From Candidatus Thorarchaeota archaeon (GTDB lineage Archaea; Asgardarchaeota; Thorarchaeia; Thorarchaeales; Thorarchaeaceae), in assembly GCA_011364985.1 (NCBI GenBank), contig RDOC01000001.1, forward strand, positions 422,630 through 471,486: DNA of 48,857 bases, written 5' to 3'. Both the position numbers and the translations under genes were made by a program. Below the pieces are notes generated by a model. That model saw only the letters and a list, made by a program, of their open reading frames with translations, made no database searches and was not told the origin of the DNA. This document shows positions 35,243 through 45,208 of this stretch, one piece after another; position 1 is the stretch's first letter; each line of letters begins with the position of its first letter.

Positions 35243-35515
35243 TTAAGGATTTTGGCTTGCAACCGATTCGACAGTACGCATGCACCCAGAAATCCACGCC
35301 AGATAAGAATTCATTGCTGCTCTGAGTGCCGTCAAATCCTCAGCAGATATTTCGAGAAAGAGGACAGAAGAACGAACGGACACCTTCACTTCAGCCCTAT
35401 CGGACGGTGCAGAACGTGTTTCGGGAATAATCGCATCGTAGATTATCTTGGCTAGCTCGCCAGAACCCATGGGAACTTCAAGATTGGCCTGCAAGGAAAC
35501 TAAGCTTGGCTTCAT
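35243..35515 (-). CDS. pcc1: KEOPS subunit Pcc1
   Basis: AKIIYDAIIPE, ISAEDLTALRAAMNSYLAW. Confidence 0.9.
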   Translation of the reverse strand: MKPSLVSLQANLEVPMGSGELAKIIYDAIIPETRSAPSDRAEVKVSVRSSVLFLEISAEDLTALRAAMNSYLAWISGCMRTVESVASQNP

Positions 35516-35519
35516 TCGA

Positions 35520-36077
35520 CTACGACCTTTCATATTTGGTTATTCTCATGCGGGGACCTATCTCCTTGGCATCTAGTGCATGATAGTGTGTCCAGAGAAT
35601 TTTCCCATTTGGAAGACTCGACAACCATAGCTCTATTTGACCACGACCCTTCTCTCCGATGCACATGGGGAAGGTTCTTTCTGACACCATCACATCCAAC
35701 AATTCGGAGAGGGAATCTGCCAAGATTCGAGCCTGCTGAGATGTATTTTCCTCTATACATACAGAGATTGCTCCACTGATACGTGGACCTTTGTCGGGGA
35801 TTATCTCCCTACGAAGAATCGCGCTCTCCAAGAACAGGGTGGCACCAATGGATCCAGTTGGCAAAAGAATTTGGATTGTTCGAGGATTACCCTTGAACAT
35901 TGTTATAACAAGCGCAGCTTTTGCATCTGATTGACTGATTCTTGCTACTAGCTCCTTGATGTTCATACCGCCACGATTGAACCGTTCGCTCCTAGGGAGT
36001 ACAGAGTGAAGATCACGAACAAAGGAACGCACTCTATTGGAGGTATTTCGAGAGGTTGTAATCAGCACAGTGGGCAT
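35520..36077 (-). CDS. Brix/Imp4-domain ribosome biogenesis protein
   Basis: LITTSRNTSNRVRSFVRDL, NRG, GNP, IGPRM. Confidence 0.9.
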   Translation of the reverse strand: MPTVLITTSRNTSNRVRSFVRDLHSVLPRSERFNRGGMNIKELVARISQSDAKAALVITMFKGNPRTIQILLPTGSIGATLFLESAILRREIIPDKGPRISGAISVCIEENTSQQARILADSLSELLDVMVSERTFPMCIGEKGRGQIELWLSSLPNGKILWTHYHALDAKEIGPRMRITKYERS

Positions 36078-36116
36078 CTCAATCCACTGTCCCCAGCAAG
36101 ATGAACGATTCTTGCT

Positions 36117-36512
36117 CTATTCAGGAGCCTCAGAAGACTCCTCATCGTCAACGTCCACAGTCGTCGACGCGACGACATCTTCTTCTACATTAGGTAGAAA
36201 CTCGTTTGGAACGACGATTTCATCTTCATCCCTTAGTGCTAGGAAATCGCCAGATACTCTTTGTGCGATGGCCCGTCTTGCGGCTCGCCCTGCATCAGTG
36301 TATGGAACATAGGCACCGCCTGCAAATAGTAGACCGCATTTCTTGCATACCCAGAGACCAGCAGATTTTCGAGCCAAGGCACGTGTAGCACACGAAGGGC
36401 ATCTGTGGGCTTCGTTTCTCCTCTTTTCAATATCGAGGACCCTTCGACGTAGCTTAGCTCCATATCTAGAGCTGAATCTTCCAGTGCTTCCTACCTTTTT
36501 GGTACGTCCCAA
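36117..36512 (-). CDS. rpl37ae: 50S ribosomal protein L37ae (eL43) with acidic C-terminal extension
   Basis: RTKKVGSTGRFSSRYG, CPSC...WVCKKCG, AGGAY. Confidence 0.96.
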   Translation of the reverse strand: MGRTKKVGSTGRFSSRYGAKLRRRVLDIEKRRNEAHRCPSCATRALARKSAGLWVCKKCGLLFAGGAYVPYTDAGRAARRAIAQRVSGDFLALRDEDEIVVPNEFLPNVEEDVVASTTVDVDDEESSEAPE

Positions 36513-37024
36513 CGAGTTGGTCTCCTTCGAATTTCATCAAACCGATGGATTTGCCATCAATTTCATCCAGTCGCCCTTCACTTTCGCTTATTAGCGTATC
36601 TGTCTGTGATTGAGAGATCTTGATGCCTAGAGATATCTCTTGCACTGTCTAAAACGTCTGCTCCACTTCGTTAACAATCTCATAGCATAGGTCTAAGACC
36701 CATGCCTTCCGCTTTGTGCCTAGCGACATCGAAGATATGCTCAACGATGCCCAAATCGCCCTGGGCGACAAGGAGAGTCGGATTGCGAAGTGCCTCTGGG
36801 TCAAGGACTGCTCTTGTAGAACCTTCAACCCGTGCCACTGGATTCAAAGGCATGACTGCGGGGATGACTCCTGCCCCTAAATGGCAAGCATAGAGAATCC
36901 TGTCCCATGAGAAGTTTCAGGTCTGGATGTGGGAACTGACTGAGTGTGATGACTAGAAACCTGACATGGCGTACGTCTGTGGGAAAACCAAGACTGACCC
37001 TCAGAACGGGGTGGAGTCCAAGAG

Positions 37025-37864
37025 TCAGACGCCAGCTTCTTTCACTGTATCAGTAATCAAACCTCGGATTTCTTTTGTTTGACTAAGCGCCATATCCATA
37101 GCTTGTTCAATCAATTCGATCGAGATTGGACCAGCTCCACCACCCTTTTGAATCGCAGTGAACTTATCATTCTTGTCAATTGCCATTGTGAGACGGCATG
37201 ATTGAACAATTTCCTCCTTGAGAATGGGGTCGATGACCACATGATCTGCAATCTTTGACACAGTGTGTTCAATGGCCATGTTGCTGAGAGGCAGCTCAAG
37301 CATCTTCCCCGTTTCAACGAGTTCGTTATCTTCCAACTTCATCTCTGGAAAGCGCGTTGTTAGCAGCGCTGCATTCACAGCAATTGAACTTGCATCGATG
37401 AGATTTCCGTCATATTCCAAAGGATAGACATCTGCAAAGACCATGTAGACCTTTCTACCTTCCTCGATACAGAGATTCTTCACGTCCACAGTCTCAGACT
37501 CACGAACACCTCTATCAACTACGCGTGCTAACTCAATGGCGTCTTCTTTTGGAGGCCCTATCTCGAACAGAGGAGATGCAATGGGTGCCAATTCCGCAGT
37601 AATCATTACAACTCCCTCATCAGGGGTGTCTGGGTATGGCTCTCCTGTGAGCACCTTGACACCAGCAACTACGCTAGTTCCACCAAGTCGGACAATTGCA
37701 GACCCTTCTGCCTTGGCAGCAACTGGATTTGGCTCGATTTCGAGTTGACGGTATTCGTCGAATTTTCGTCCATCCACCCTATCGCCTCTTTTCAAAAGAT
37801 CGGCAATGTAGTTACGATCAATGTGACTTATCACTTCAGCACTGAAGTCTCCCATTCTACTCAT
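37025..37864 (-). CDS. rrp42: Exosome subunit Rrp42
   Basis: RVDGRKFDEYR, AEGSA, PYPDTPDEG, ELARVVDRGVRES, DGNLIDA. Confidence 0.96.
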   Translation of the reverse strand: MSRMGDFSAEVISHIDRNYIADLLKRGDRVDGRKFDEYRQLEIEPNPVAAKAEGSAIVRLGGTSVVAGVKVLTGEPYPDTPDEGVVMITAELAPIASPLFEIGPPKEDAIELARVVDRGVRESETVDVKNLCIEEGRKVYMVFADVYPLEYDGNLIDASSIAVNAALLTTRFPEMKLEDNELVETGKMLELPLSNMAIEHTVSKIADHVVIDPILKEEIVQSCRLTMAIDKNDKFTAIQKGGGAGPISIELIEQAMDMALSQTKEIRGLITDTVKEAGV

Positions 37865-38678
37865 CCTCCATTAAGTCAGACTCACCAAGGTCTGTTTCCA
37901 AATCATCTTCGAAGTCCTCATCATCTTCATCATCTTCATCATCATCTTCGGGAGTACGCTTAGCGTAGGCACGCTTCAGGGCATCCTTTTGGAGTTCATG
38001 AAGATACTTACATGCATTGACTCCCAGCTGCACTGCTTCCAGAAGTTCCTCTCTTGTGAAAGAACCATCCTGTTGAAGGAGCGTTATCTCGCCGGTCTTA
38101 GGCAGGACCGCCAGTGGAATGTCGCCCTCACCGTATTTGTCTTCTTCATCACCCAAGTCCACAATGAGTGTTCCATCAGCCTTACCAACAGCCACGGCAG
38201 GAACCAGACTCCTCATCGGTATACCTGCGTCAGCCAAAGCAAGTGATGCAGCATTTATTGCGGCGCATCTTGTACCACCGTCGGCCTGGATGACCTGAAT
38301 GAACACATCAACCACGGCTTTAGGAAAGTCTTCCAAGAAGAGTGCGGGTTCTAATGCGTTTGCAATCACCATTGATATCTCCCTTTCTCTTCGTGAAGGA
38401 GCTGGCCGCTTCCTGTCAGAAACCGAGAAAGTAGCCATACGGTATACACATCTCAAATATGCCCGATCATTAAGAGTTAGATGCCGTGGATGTAGTTCGC
38501 GTGGACCATAGACAGCAGCCAAAATGTAGGTCTTCCCCTGTCTGATAGACGCTGAACCATCCGCACTCTTGAGCACTCCAACTTCCATCTGAATCGGGCG
38601 CAATTCGTCTGGTCTTCTCCCATCAAAACGTAAGCCCTCTGCATTAATCAAGGCATCAGGCCTTTTCTCTGTACTCAT
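37857..38678 (-). CDS. rrp41: Exosome subunit Rrp41
   Basis: RFDGRRPDELRP, ADGSA, VYGPRE, QADGGTR; acidic tail. Confidence 0.97.
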   Translation of the reverse strand: MSTEKRPDALINAEGLRFDGRRPDELRPIQMEVGVLKSADGSASIRQGKTYILAAVYGPRELHPRHLTLNDRAYLRCVYRMATFSVSDRKRPAPSRREREISMVIANALEPALFLEDFPKAVVDVFIQVIQADGGTRCAAINAASLALADAGIPMRSLVPAVAVGKADGTLIVDLGDEEDKYGEGDIPLAVLPKTGEITLLQQDGSFTREELLEAVQLGVNACKYLHELQKDALKRAYAKRTPEDDDEDDEDDEDFEDDLETDLGESDLMEDE

Positions 38679-39646
38679 TACTTATTCACATCCTCTGAAT
38701 CATCATCTTTTGCTGAATCATCCTCAGTTTCACTAGACTCCTCCTCTTCTGCGGCATCTTTCATCTCCTCAGCAGGCGCCGCTAACGACGACTCTTGATT
38801 TGTCGTTTCTTCCTCAGAATCTTCCTCTGTGCCGGCATTCTTCTCAGCCGCTGTATCTTCTGGTGTGGAGCCATTTTCTTTCTCAAGCTTCGGTTCTGGT
38901 TTGCTCTTTGATTCTTGTGGCTCTTCGGAAGCTGTACCGGTATCATCATCATCTTGTGCCCCCTCCATCTTTGCCATCTCTTCCTCTAACATTGCTCTAA
39001 CTCGGTCAGTTAGCTTTGATGTATGTGCTTCCTCTTCAATCATCTTGAAGGCCCTAATTGCAAGCCGCAGAACATCCGTGCTCGGTGCACGAATCCAGAT
39101 TCGACCATTCTGTCCCACCATTGTCTGGATACGCAATTGGTCCTTAATCATATTGATCATTGACCCTCTGCGTCCGATTATCCGTGGGATTTTTGCCGGA
39201 CTGATGTGCAGAATCATGCCGTCGCCAAGCTTGCGAAGTCCTCGTCCTTTCATGCTAAGGAATGGGCCTCCACTCCTATCGAAAGCTATTACTTCCGCGG
39301 CTATAACATCGCCGATATCCATGTATTCCGAAATATCATCGGAATAGGGTCTGCGCAATGCATTGTTAGCGTGCAGTGATGCCCCATAGGGGCCACCAAT
39401 ATCGACTTTCCAGTTATTTCCTGCAACAAGCGTGATTGTTCCTAGGACTAGATCACCCTCGCGGGGTATGTATACTCCTTCAAGAGCAACGACTTTTACC
39501 CTGTTGCCACGAAGCTCTGCAAGTCCCACAACTGAAGCATAGATCTTGCCTTTTTCACTATAAGTCCCTTCGGAGGGGCGATATCTGCCCTCAGCCAATA
39601 ATTGACCTGGGACTACTATTTCTCGCTTTTGAAAGTATACTGCCAA
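38678..39646 (-). CDS. rrp4: Exosome RNA-binding subunit Rrp4 with long acidic tail
   Basis: VVPGQLL, YIPREGD (S1), KIPRIIGRRGSM (KH), VGQNGRIW. Confidence 0.96.
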   Translation of the reverse strand: MAVYFQKREIVVPGQLLAEGRYRPSEGTYSEKGKIYASVVGLAELRGNRVKVVALEGVYIPREGDLVLGTITLVAGNNWKVDIGGPYGASLHANNALRRPYSDDISEYMDIGDVIAAEVIAFDRSGGPFLSMKGRGLRKLGDGMILHISPAKIPRIIGRRGSMINMIKDQLRIQTMVGQNGRIWIRAPSTDVLRLAIRAFKMIEEEAHTSKLTDRVRAMLEEEMAKMEGAQDDDDTGTASEEPQESKSKPEPKLEKENGSTPEDTAAEKNAGTEEDSEEETTNQESSLAAPAEEMKDAAEEEESSETEDDSAKDDDSEDVNK

Positions 39647-39697
39647 TGTATTCCCTCGTTTGATTTCATTGATAAATTGGATTATTCGATTACCTTG

Positions 39698-40423
39698 TTA
39701 TCGGACAGTTTCTATCCTAACCTGTCCCTTGCATAACTTATTGAGATCATCATAGAGCTCCTGACGTTTCTGGGCAGGAATCTCAACAAGCCCAGACCAT
39801 GAACCATCTTGTGCCCAGGATTCGTTCTTGATAACTCCAGATTCTGCAACCATGTTGTAACCTTTTCCACTGAATGCAGCAGGAAGGGTGATTTGAAGCT
39901 TAACGCTCTCAAAGGAAATCGGAATGATTACCCTTAGAGACTGCACTACTCCAGGTATCTGCTCATCCACCTTAATGAACGGATCTACTCGAACTTTTGC
40001 CTCTTCCATTGCCTGTCTAATACGGTCAGGAGGGTGGGGATGCCCGGTTTGTGGATTCATTGCCCTCTTGGAGATGTGTTCGATGATCAGCTCGGTCTTC
40101 TCATGAACCATCTGAATTCTCTGCTCATGGGTCAGTTTGAACTCGCCATGTTTGATGACTTCAGGGGCGATTTCGAAGATGTCAGTCGTTCCAAAGGCGT
40201 CTTCGACTAGCTCTTCCGAAGCGTGGTCGCCTCGTCGCGCATCTTCAAAGATGTCATAGCTTTTCAAGATTTCTTCAATAGGCACGATTCCGCCGCGTCT
40301 GTATTCGAAGGCAAGGTCAGGATCAACAAATATCTCGATATGGAGATGCTCCTTCTTGTAACCAATGGCAACAGCATCGAGCTCAATCCATTTGTCACCA
40401 GTTTTTCTACCTGAACCCATCAT
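39698..40423 (-). CDS. sdo1: Ribosome maturation factor SBDS/Sdo1
   Basis: EIFVDPD, FGTTD, NPQTGHPHPPDRI. Confidence 0.93.
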   Translation of the reverse strand: MMGSGRKTGDKWIELDAVAIGYKKEHLHIEIFVDPDLAFEYRRGGIVPIEEILKSYDIFEDARRGDHASEELVEDAFGTTDIFEIAPEVIKHGEFKLTHEQRIQMVHEKTELIIEHISKRAMNPQTGHPHPPDRIRQAMEEAKVRVDPFIKVDEQIPGVVQSLRVIIPISFESVKLQITLPAAFSGKGYNMVAESGVIKNESWAQDGSWSGLVEIPAQKRQELYDDLNKLCKGQVRIETVR

Positions 40424-40443
40424 TGGCTATTCGCTCTCCTCTT

Positions 40444-41163
40444 CTAGGCCCCGAGGAATTCTTCTTTTTCTTCCCGTCTGAGTCTATGAAATAGTCGGGT
40501 TTCAACTGATATTTTTGCAATCTCAACATTGTCTGCTGTTAGTTCCGAGTCGGTTGCTTGTCTCAGCGCATCCAGAGCCAATTTGATGGCATGGGTAAGC
40601 GTTTGTTTCTTGCTTTTGTCATAGTTTTGCTCCAAGAATTGACCCGCAGGAGTACTTCCACGGCCGATGACAGCTGCCAAGAAACCCCAATATGTTCCTA
40701 CTGGATCAGTGACAAAGAGTCTTGGCATATTGTCTTGGTCGACAGAGCCAATAATCATCGCAACACCGTATGGCCTGATTCCGCCCCCTTGTGTATATTG
40801 GGCCTTCAAGTCACAGATATGTTCGGCCAGAACTTCGCCTGGTACTATTTCCTCGTAGGTAAGCCAGTAGGACTGAGCTTTGATCCGTGCTTCTTGGATT
40901 AGTTTCCTTGCGTCAGCCATGAAGCCAGATGTTGCGACTCCAATATGGTCATCGATCTTTGATATCTTTTCAACACTGTCTGGTTCCTGAAGTGGCATCA
41001 TCTTCTTCTCTGCAAGGAGCACAACGCCTTCATTTACTAGGACCCCTATCGAGGTGGCGCCTTGCTCCACTGCCTTCTTTGCGTACTCAGCAGCAAAGAT
41101 ACGTCCCTCAGGACTGAAGATGCTGGTTGACATATCATATCCAGCACCAGATATACCAAACAC
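40444..41163 (-). CDS. psmA: 20S proteasome alpha subunit
   Basis: GYD...IFSPEGR, EKISKIDDHIG, SGFMADAR, YTQGGGIRPYG, TDPVG. Confidence 0.93.
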   Translation of the reverse strand: MFGISGAGYDMSTSIFSPEGRIFAAEYAKKAVEQGATSIGVLVNEGVVLLAEKKMMPLQEPDSVEKISKIDDHIGVATSGFMADARKLIQEARIKAQSYWLTYEEIVPGEVLAEHICDLKAQYTQGGGIRPYGVAMIIGSVDQDNMPRLFVTDPVGTYWGFLAAVIGRGSTPAGQFLEQNYDKSKKQTLTHAIKLALDALRQATDSELTADNVEIAKISVETRLFHRLRREEKEEFLGA

Positions 41164-41384
41164 GTCTTTTCCTCCAAGTAGTCAACGCTGCAACCGGACG
41201 GAAGTAGGAGCCTCAAACCATGGGCACTACCTAGCAATTCCGACTGATTGACGCCAGACTGCAGTTATTACTCCGGCCCAGGATATATGGTATACTCCAG
41301 GGCTCTAAGGGCACAGTCTGACTAGGCACATAAAGCTTCCTACAGGTACATATTGTCGGAATGCTGCTGTGAACCAGTCCCCAG

Positions 41385-41783
41385 TCACTCTTGAAGCAAG
41401 TAGAGATACACGATAAAAGCCATCGACAAGAGAACCGTCACTACGGCAACTTCTATGGAGTACATGAAATAGGCTGCCAAGCAAACGACGACAAGAAGGA
41501 TGATTATCTCCAACCATCCAGACCTGATCTGTGTTAGATAAAGGCGCAAGTTGACAGCAGTAACTGTAAGGAATACAAACATTCCAAACATGGTGAAAAT
41601 CTCGATTATGGGAACTAGAAATGGGTTAGCTGCATTCAGCGAACCGACTAGAGAAGTGTCAATGACATCTGGAGCAGACCATGCCCATAGAGCCAGACCG
41701 AAAATTAAGAGAATTATTGCAAAGAACACAGTAATAATCGTAGAACGGACAATCTCTTCACGTTCAGGAATTTCATCACTCAT
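41385..41783 (-). CDS. Hypothetical four-helix membrane protein
   Basis: Hydrophobic helices; start reassigned to MSDEIPE. Confidence 0.65.
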   Translation of the reverse strand: MSDEIPEREEIVRSTIITVFFAIILLIFGLALWAWSAPDVIDTSLVGSLNAANPFLVPIIEIFTMFGMFVFLTVTAVNLRLYLTQIRSGWLEIIILLVVVCLAAYFMYSIEVAVVTVLLSMAFIVYLYLLQE

Positions 41784-41872
41784 TCTCTTTACACCGGCCT
41801 TGGCGTCGGGAAGAATATGTACTCCACTTAAAGATACCGACAGCATCTGATATGCACTAGCCTGCCCAGTAG

Positions 41873-42808
41873 TTAATGCGAATGATGATGGTTGGATGGA
41901 GGCATACTGGGGGTCAATGAGGGCTGGTGTTTCTCTAGCTCTTTCTCCAGTTCATCAAGCCCAACATGTTGTCGAGCCCGTTTGACATAGAGACCTGCGA
42001 TATAAGACAGAGAAGCAATAACTCCTGCGACGGCGCTGGGAGATACACGAATAATGAAAGACAAGGAGATTCCAGCAAGTTCAGAGAGCAGGGCTATACA
42101 GAATACAGCCAAAATGACACTGCGCACCGATCTGAGAACCTCATTTGACGCCGCAGCAGGTGCAACCATTATTGCATAGACCAGAATTGCACCAACAGCT
42201 TTTGTAGCTAAGGCGATAGCTAAGGCAGATATGATTAGCATCAGATAGTGATACGCCCTAGCATTCATTCCATGGGCAATGGACCCCTCCATATCTACGC
42301 TTACGTAGATGAACTCCTTACCGAATAGGATCATGATGAAGACGAGTATCACGGTGGTAGCAGCAAGGGAGATTATATCGAAATCCGTAAGCAGTAGAAT
42401 GTCACCCACAAGGTATGCCCAGATTCTCAGAACATCTTGGGAAGGAATGTAGTACATAAGAAAGACAGCGAAACTCATAGAAAAGGCAAAGGAAACACCC
42501 ACGGCCACTTCCATCTTCTCTGCGATACCAGATTCGCCTGCATACCCTGTGACAACAGAAACCAAGACAGCAAACAGGAGAGCTCCAATGACAGGATCAA
42601 ACCAAGGAGCGATTCCTGTCGCTTGAAGATAGAAACCCAGAGCAGCCCCGCCAAGTGCCGCATGTGCAGCACCTGATGTCATAAAGGAGAGACCTCGGAA
42701 AACTAGGAAAGTTCCACTACTTGAAGCGACGATAGCGATAAGAAAAGCTCCAACCAAAGCTCGCTGGAGAAAGGGGCTGTCAAGAATTAGCATAAGAAGA
42801 TCAATCAT
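41873..42808 (-). CDS. Zn/Mn ABC transporter permease (ZnuB-like)
   Basis: FLQRAL, AHAALGG, YLVGDIL, VGAILV, PAA; His-containing tail. Confidence 0.9.
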   Translation of the reverse strand: MIDLLMLILDSPFLQRALVGAFLIAIVASSSGTFLVFRGLSFMTSGAAHAALGGAALGFYLQATGIAPWFDPVIGALLFAVLVSVVTGYAGESGIAEKMEVAVGVSFAFSMSFAVFLMYYIPSQDVLRIWAYLVGDILLLTDFDIISLAATTVILVFIMILFGKEFIYVSVDMEGSIAHGMNARAYHYLMLIISALAIALATKAVGAILVYAIMVAPAAASNEVLRSVRSVILAVFCIALLSELAGISLSFIIRVSPSAVAGVIASLSYIAGLYVKRARQHVGLDELEKELEKHQPSLTPSMPPSNHHHSH

Positions 42809-43622
42809 GGCGATCGAATCCCGAGTCCTTTGTAATGCAATATCTATGCCCCGAATGCTCAACAATCCGTGCTGTTGGGCCATAAACGTGTTTCATCATG
42901 TCCAAATCCATGATATCGCAGGGAGTACCTATACCAACAACAGTGTTCTTCATGAGTAGGACATCTTTGACGTAACTATGTATTGGATTTAGATCATGGG
43001 TCACCATTACAATGTCTACATCGTTCTCACGGTGATAGGTACCGAGAGCTTCCACTATCAGATCTTGGCTGTGAGAGTCAGTACCAGCTAGTGGTTCATC
43101 CAGCATTAGAACTGAACCGTCGCTTGCAAGGGCTCTTGCTACAAGCACTCTCTGTCGTTGACCCCCAGAAAGCTCGGGAAAGGGACGCTCCCACAGGTCG
43201 TCCATGTCCACTTGCTTTAGGGCGGCAATCACTGCATTCCTGTCCTTGGATGTGGAGAATCGTGGAGGCGGCTTCTTCAAAAGACGTCCCATCAACACAA
43301 TATCCTTAACCTTCATAGGTACATTGAGTTCAATGTGGTCCCGCTGAGGAACATAACGGACAATCTTTCTGATACGATTCTTCTCTCTGACGGAATCGTA
43401 GCCATGAAGCTTCACAAAGCCCTTAGCAGGCTTCAGGAGACCAAGTACCGTCTTTACCAGTGTACTTTTTCCTGACCCGTTTGGACCAATTATCGCGGTG
43501 AAGCTCGGTGAATCTATGCTGAAATTCACATCATGCAGAGCAATGTCTCCATTCGGATATCTAACGGCAAGGTCGTTGGCCTCCATCATTAGTTGCCTTC
43601 CCAATTTCCTGACCTCTGACAA
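42801..43622 (-). CDS. Zn/Mn ABC transporter ATPase (ZnuC-like)
   Basis: GPNGSGKST, YVPQR, LSGGQRQR, LDEP, VTHD. Confidence 0.92.
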   Translation of the reverse strand: MSEVRKLGRQLMMEANDLAVRYPNGDIALHDVNFSIDSPSFTAIIGPNGSGKSTLVKTVLGLLKPAKGFVKLHGYDSVREKNRIRKIVRYVPQRDHIELNVPMKVKDIVLMGRLLKKPPPRFSTSKDRNAVIAALKQVDMDDLWERPFPELSGGQRQRVLVARALASDGSVLMLDEPLAGTDSHSQDLIVEALGTYHRENDVDIVMVTHDLNPIHSYVKDVLLMKNTVVGIGTPCDIMDLDMMKHVYGPTARIVEHSGHRYCITKDSGFDRHD

Positions 43623-43728
43623 AAAATCAACTAGAGATAGTTCTGTTCTAGGCCTTGAATAATCTTCTCATGCATTCATAAATGAGGCCTCTAACAGGAG
43701 CTTAATATCTGAGTATTTCCTTTTAGGA

Positions 43729-44811
43729 TTGGATAAAATGAAATGGCACAAAACTGTTCTTCTGATTCTCATTAGTTCATTGGCATTCATACCGTTGAGC
43801 CCGCCATTTGTTGTACATGCTCAAACAGAATCTAGGTTGATGCTTGCAGTATCTATTGCTCCATTGGGAGGGATTGTTGATGGTGTGGGTGGCAACTTCA
43901 TTGAAACGACAATCCTACTTACAGAAGCAGTAGAACCACATGCATATACAGTGGACCCATCGATCGTCGCCATAGCCGATAGCGCTGACCTTCTGGTTCT
44001 TACAGGACATTATGATTGGGAAGAAGAATTGGCAGATCTCACTGCTACTCCGTACATCACTCTAGACGATGAAGGCGCATTGATGAGCTATGAAGACTTC
44101 GGAGCAAGGCTGTCACCAATGCCTGGAACTCATGTGGATGAGCTAGTCCTTGTCCAAAATGAACACGACGATCGTAATCCTCATGCATACTGGCTATTGC
44201 CTGAGAATGCAATAGCAATAGCAAATGCCACCAGAGCAGCCCTTAGCAGCTTGGACTCTGCTCTTGCAAGTAACTGGAATGACAACTTCAATGGCTTTGT
44301 TGATGATGTTGAATCCCTGAGTCATCTTGTTGAAGAAGCTGATAGTGAGTATCGGTTTTCAGAGATGCATGCAGTTGTTGTGTTTCCAGCTGAGGCATAC
44401 GTGGCAGAGGCCTTTGGAATAGAAGTGGAGGCAGTCCTGATTGTCGAGAGCCAGACCATCACTGGTGATGAACTCCTTCAAGTGCAAAATGCCCTTCGAA
44501 ATGGAACGATTGAACTCATTCTGGGGTCGGATGTTGCCCGCTTTCAGGCCGGAGGAGAATTTGCTGAACAACTAATCAAGGATTATGGTGGTAAACTCGT
44601 ATGGTGGCGAGCCGTATTCTTCTCCGGACTGTCGGATTATATATCAATCATGACCTACAATCTTGGATCGTTGACTGCAACGCTGGAACTCGATGATGAA
44701 GCTGGCCAGTCGAATGTTCTCGATCTATCTTTGATTGCCCTCGCCATCGTGCTCGGCACACTTGTAGCGATTGAAACGGTCGTCCTAATTGCTAGGGCAA
44801 GAGCTGAATAG
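43729..44811 (+). CDS. Zn/Mn ABC substrate-binding protein (ZnuA/TroA-like) with C-terminal anchor
   Basis: Signal peptide, EPHAY, NPHAYWL, C-terminal TM helix. Confidence 0.88.
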   Translation: MDKMKWHKTVLLILISSLAFIPLSPPFVVHAQTESRLMLAVSIAPLGGIVDGVGGNFIETTILLTEAVEPHAYTVDPSIVAIADSADLLVLTGHYDWEEELADLTATPYITLDDEGALMSYEDFGARLSPMPGTHVDELVLVQNEHDDRNPHAYWLLPENAIAIANATRAALSSLDSALASNWNDNFNGFVDDVESLSHLVEEADSEYRFSEMHAVVVFPAEAYVAEAFGIEVEAVLIVESQTITGDELLQVQNALRNGTIELILGSDVARFQAGGEFAEQLIKDYGGKLVWWRAVFFSGLSDYISIMTYNLGSLTATLELDDEAGQSNVLDLSLIALAIVLGTLVAIETVVLIARARAE

Positions 44812-44817
44812 CCAGAG

Positions 44818-45159
44818 TCATTTCTGAATCTTAGTTCCAAGACGCATATTGTAGACACGAAATTCCAGCTCGGTCAGCTCATCCTGAATCTTTCTGTATC
44901 GATTGTTGAATTCATCAGGCCCAACAAGACCAGCTTTCTTCTCCATAACAAGCTGTTTTAGGGCTCTCTGACGCTCACGAATCTTCTCTTTGAGTTCGCA
45001 CCATGACTCACGATTTGCAGAAACTGAATCACTCCAGCTTTCGCTTGAGTCGGAAGTCTGCTCCAACTTGTGGACCACATCATCTAGGGATCTCTTGATG
45101 TCTTCAGGGTTTCTATCCGACTCATTTTTGCTCAAGGAGTTCACCATGAGACTTGGCAT
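44818..45159 (-). CDS. Hypothetical coiled-coil protein
   Basis: 113-aa helical, charged ORF. Confidence 0.6.
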   Translation of the reverse strand: MPSLMVNSLSKNESDRNPEDIKRSLDDVVHKLEQTSDSSESWSDSVSANRESWCELKEKIRERQRALKQLVMEKKAGLVGPDEFNNRYRKIQDELTELEFRVYNMRLGTKIQK

Positions 45160-45208
45160 GACCGTGAGTTATATGCCTTCACATAGGGAGTTATTCATAC
45201 TTCTTATA

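Noticed and set aside
36513-37024. RNase P RNA, SRP RNA or a canonical C/D box sRNA
   Set aside because: No RNase P P4 or SRP helix-8 signature found; spacing from GTGATGA to the next CTGA is only 8 nt and no clear C' box.
37905-37948. tca/tct trinucleotide-like repeat
   Set aside because: It is the coding sequence of the Rrp41 Asp/Glu tail.
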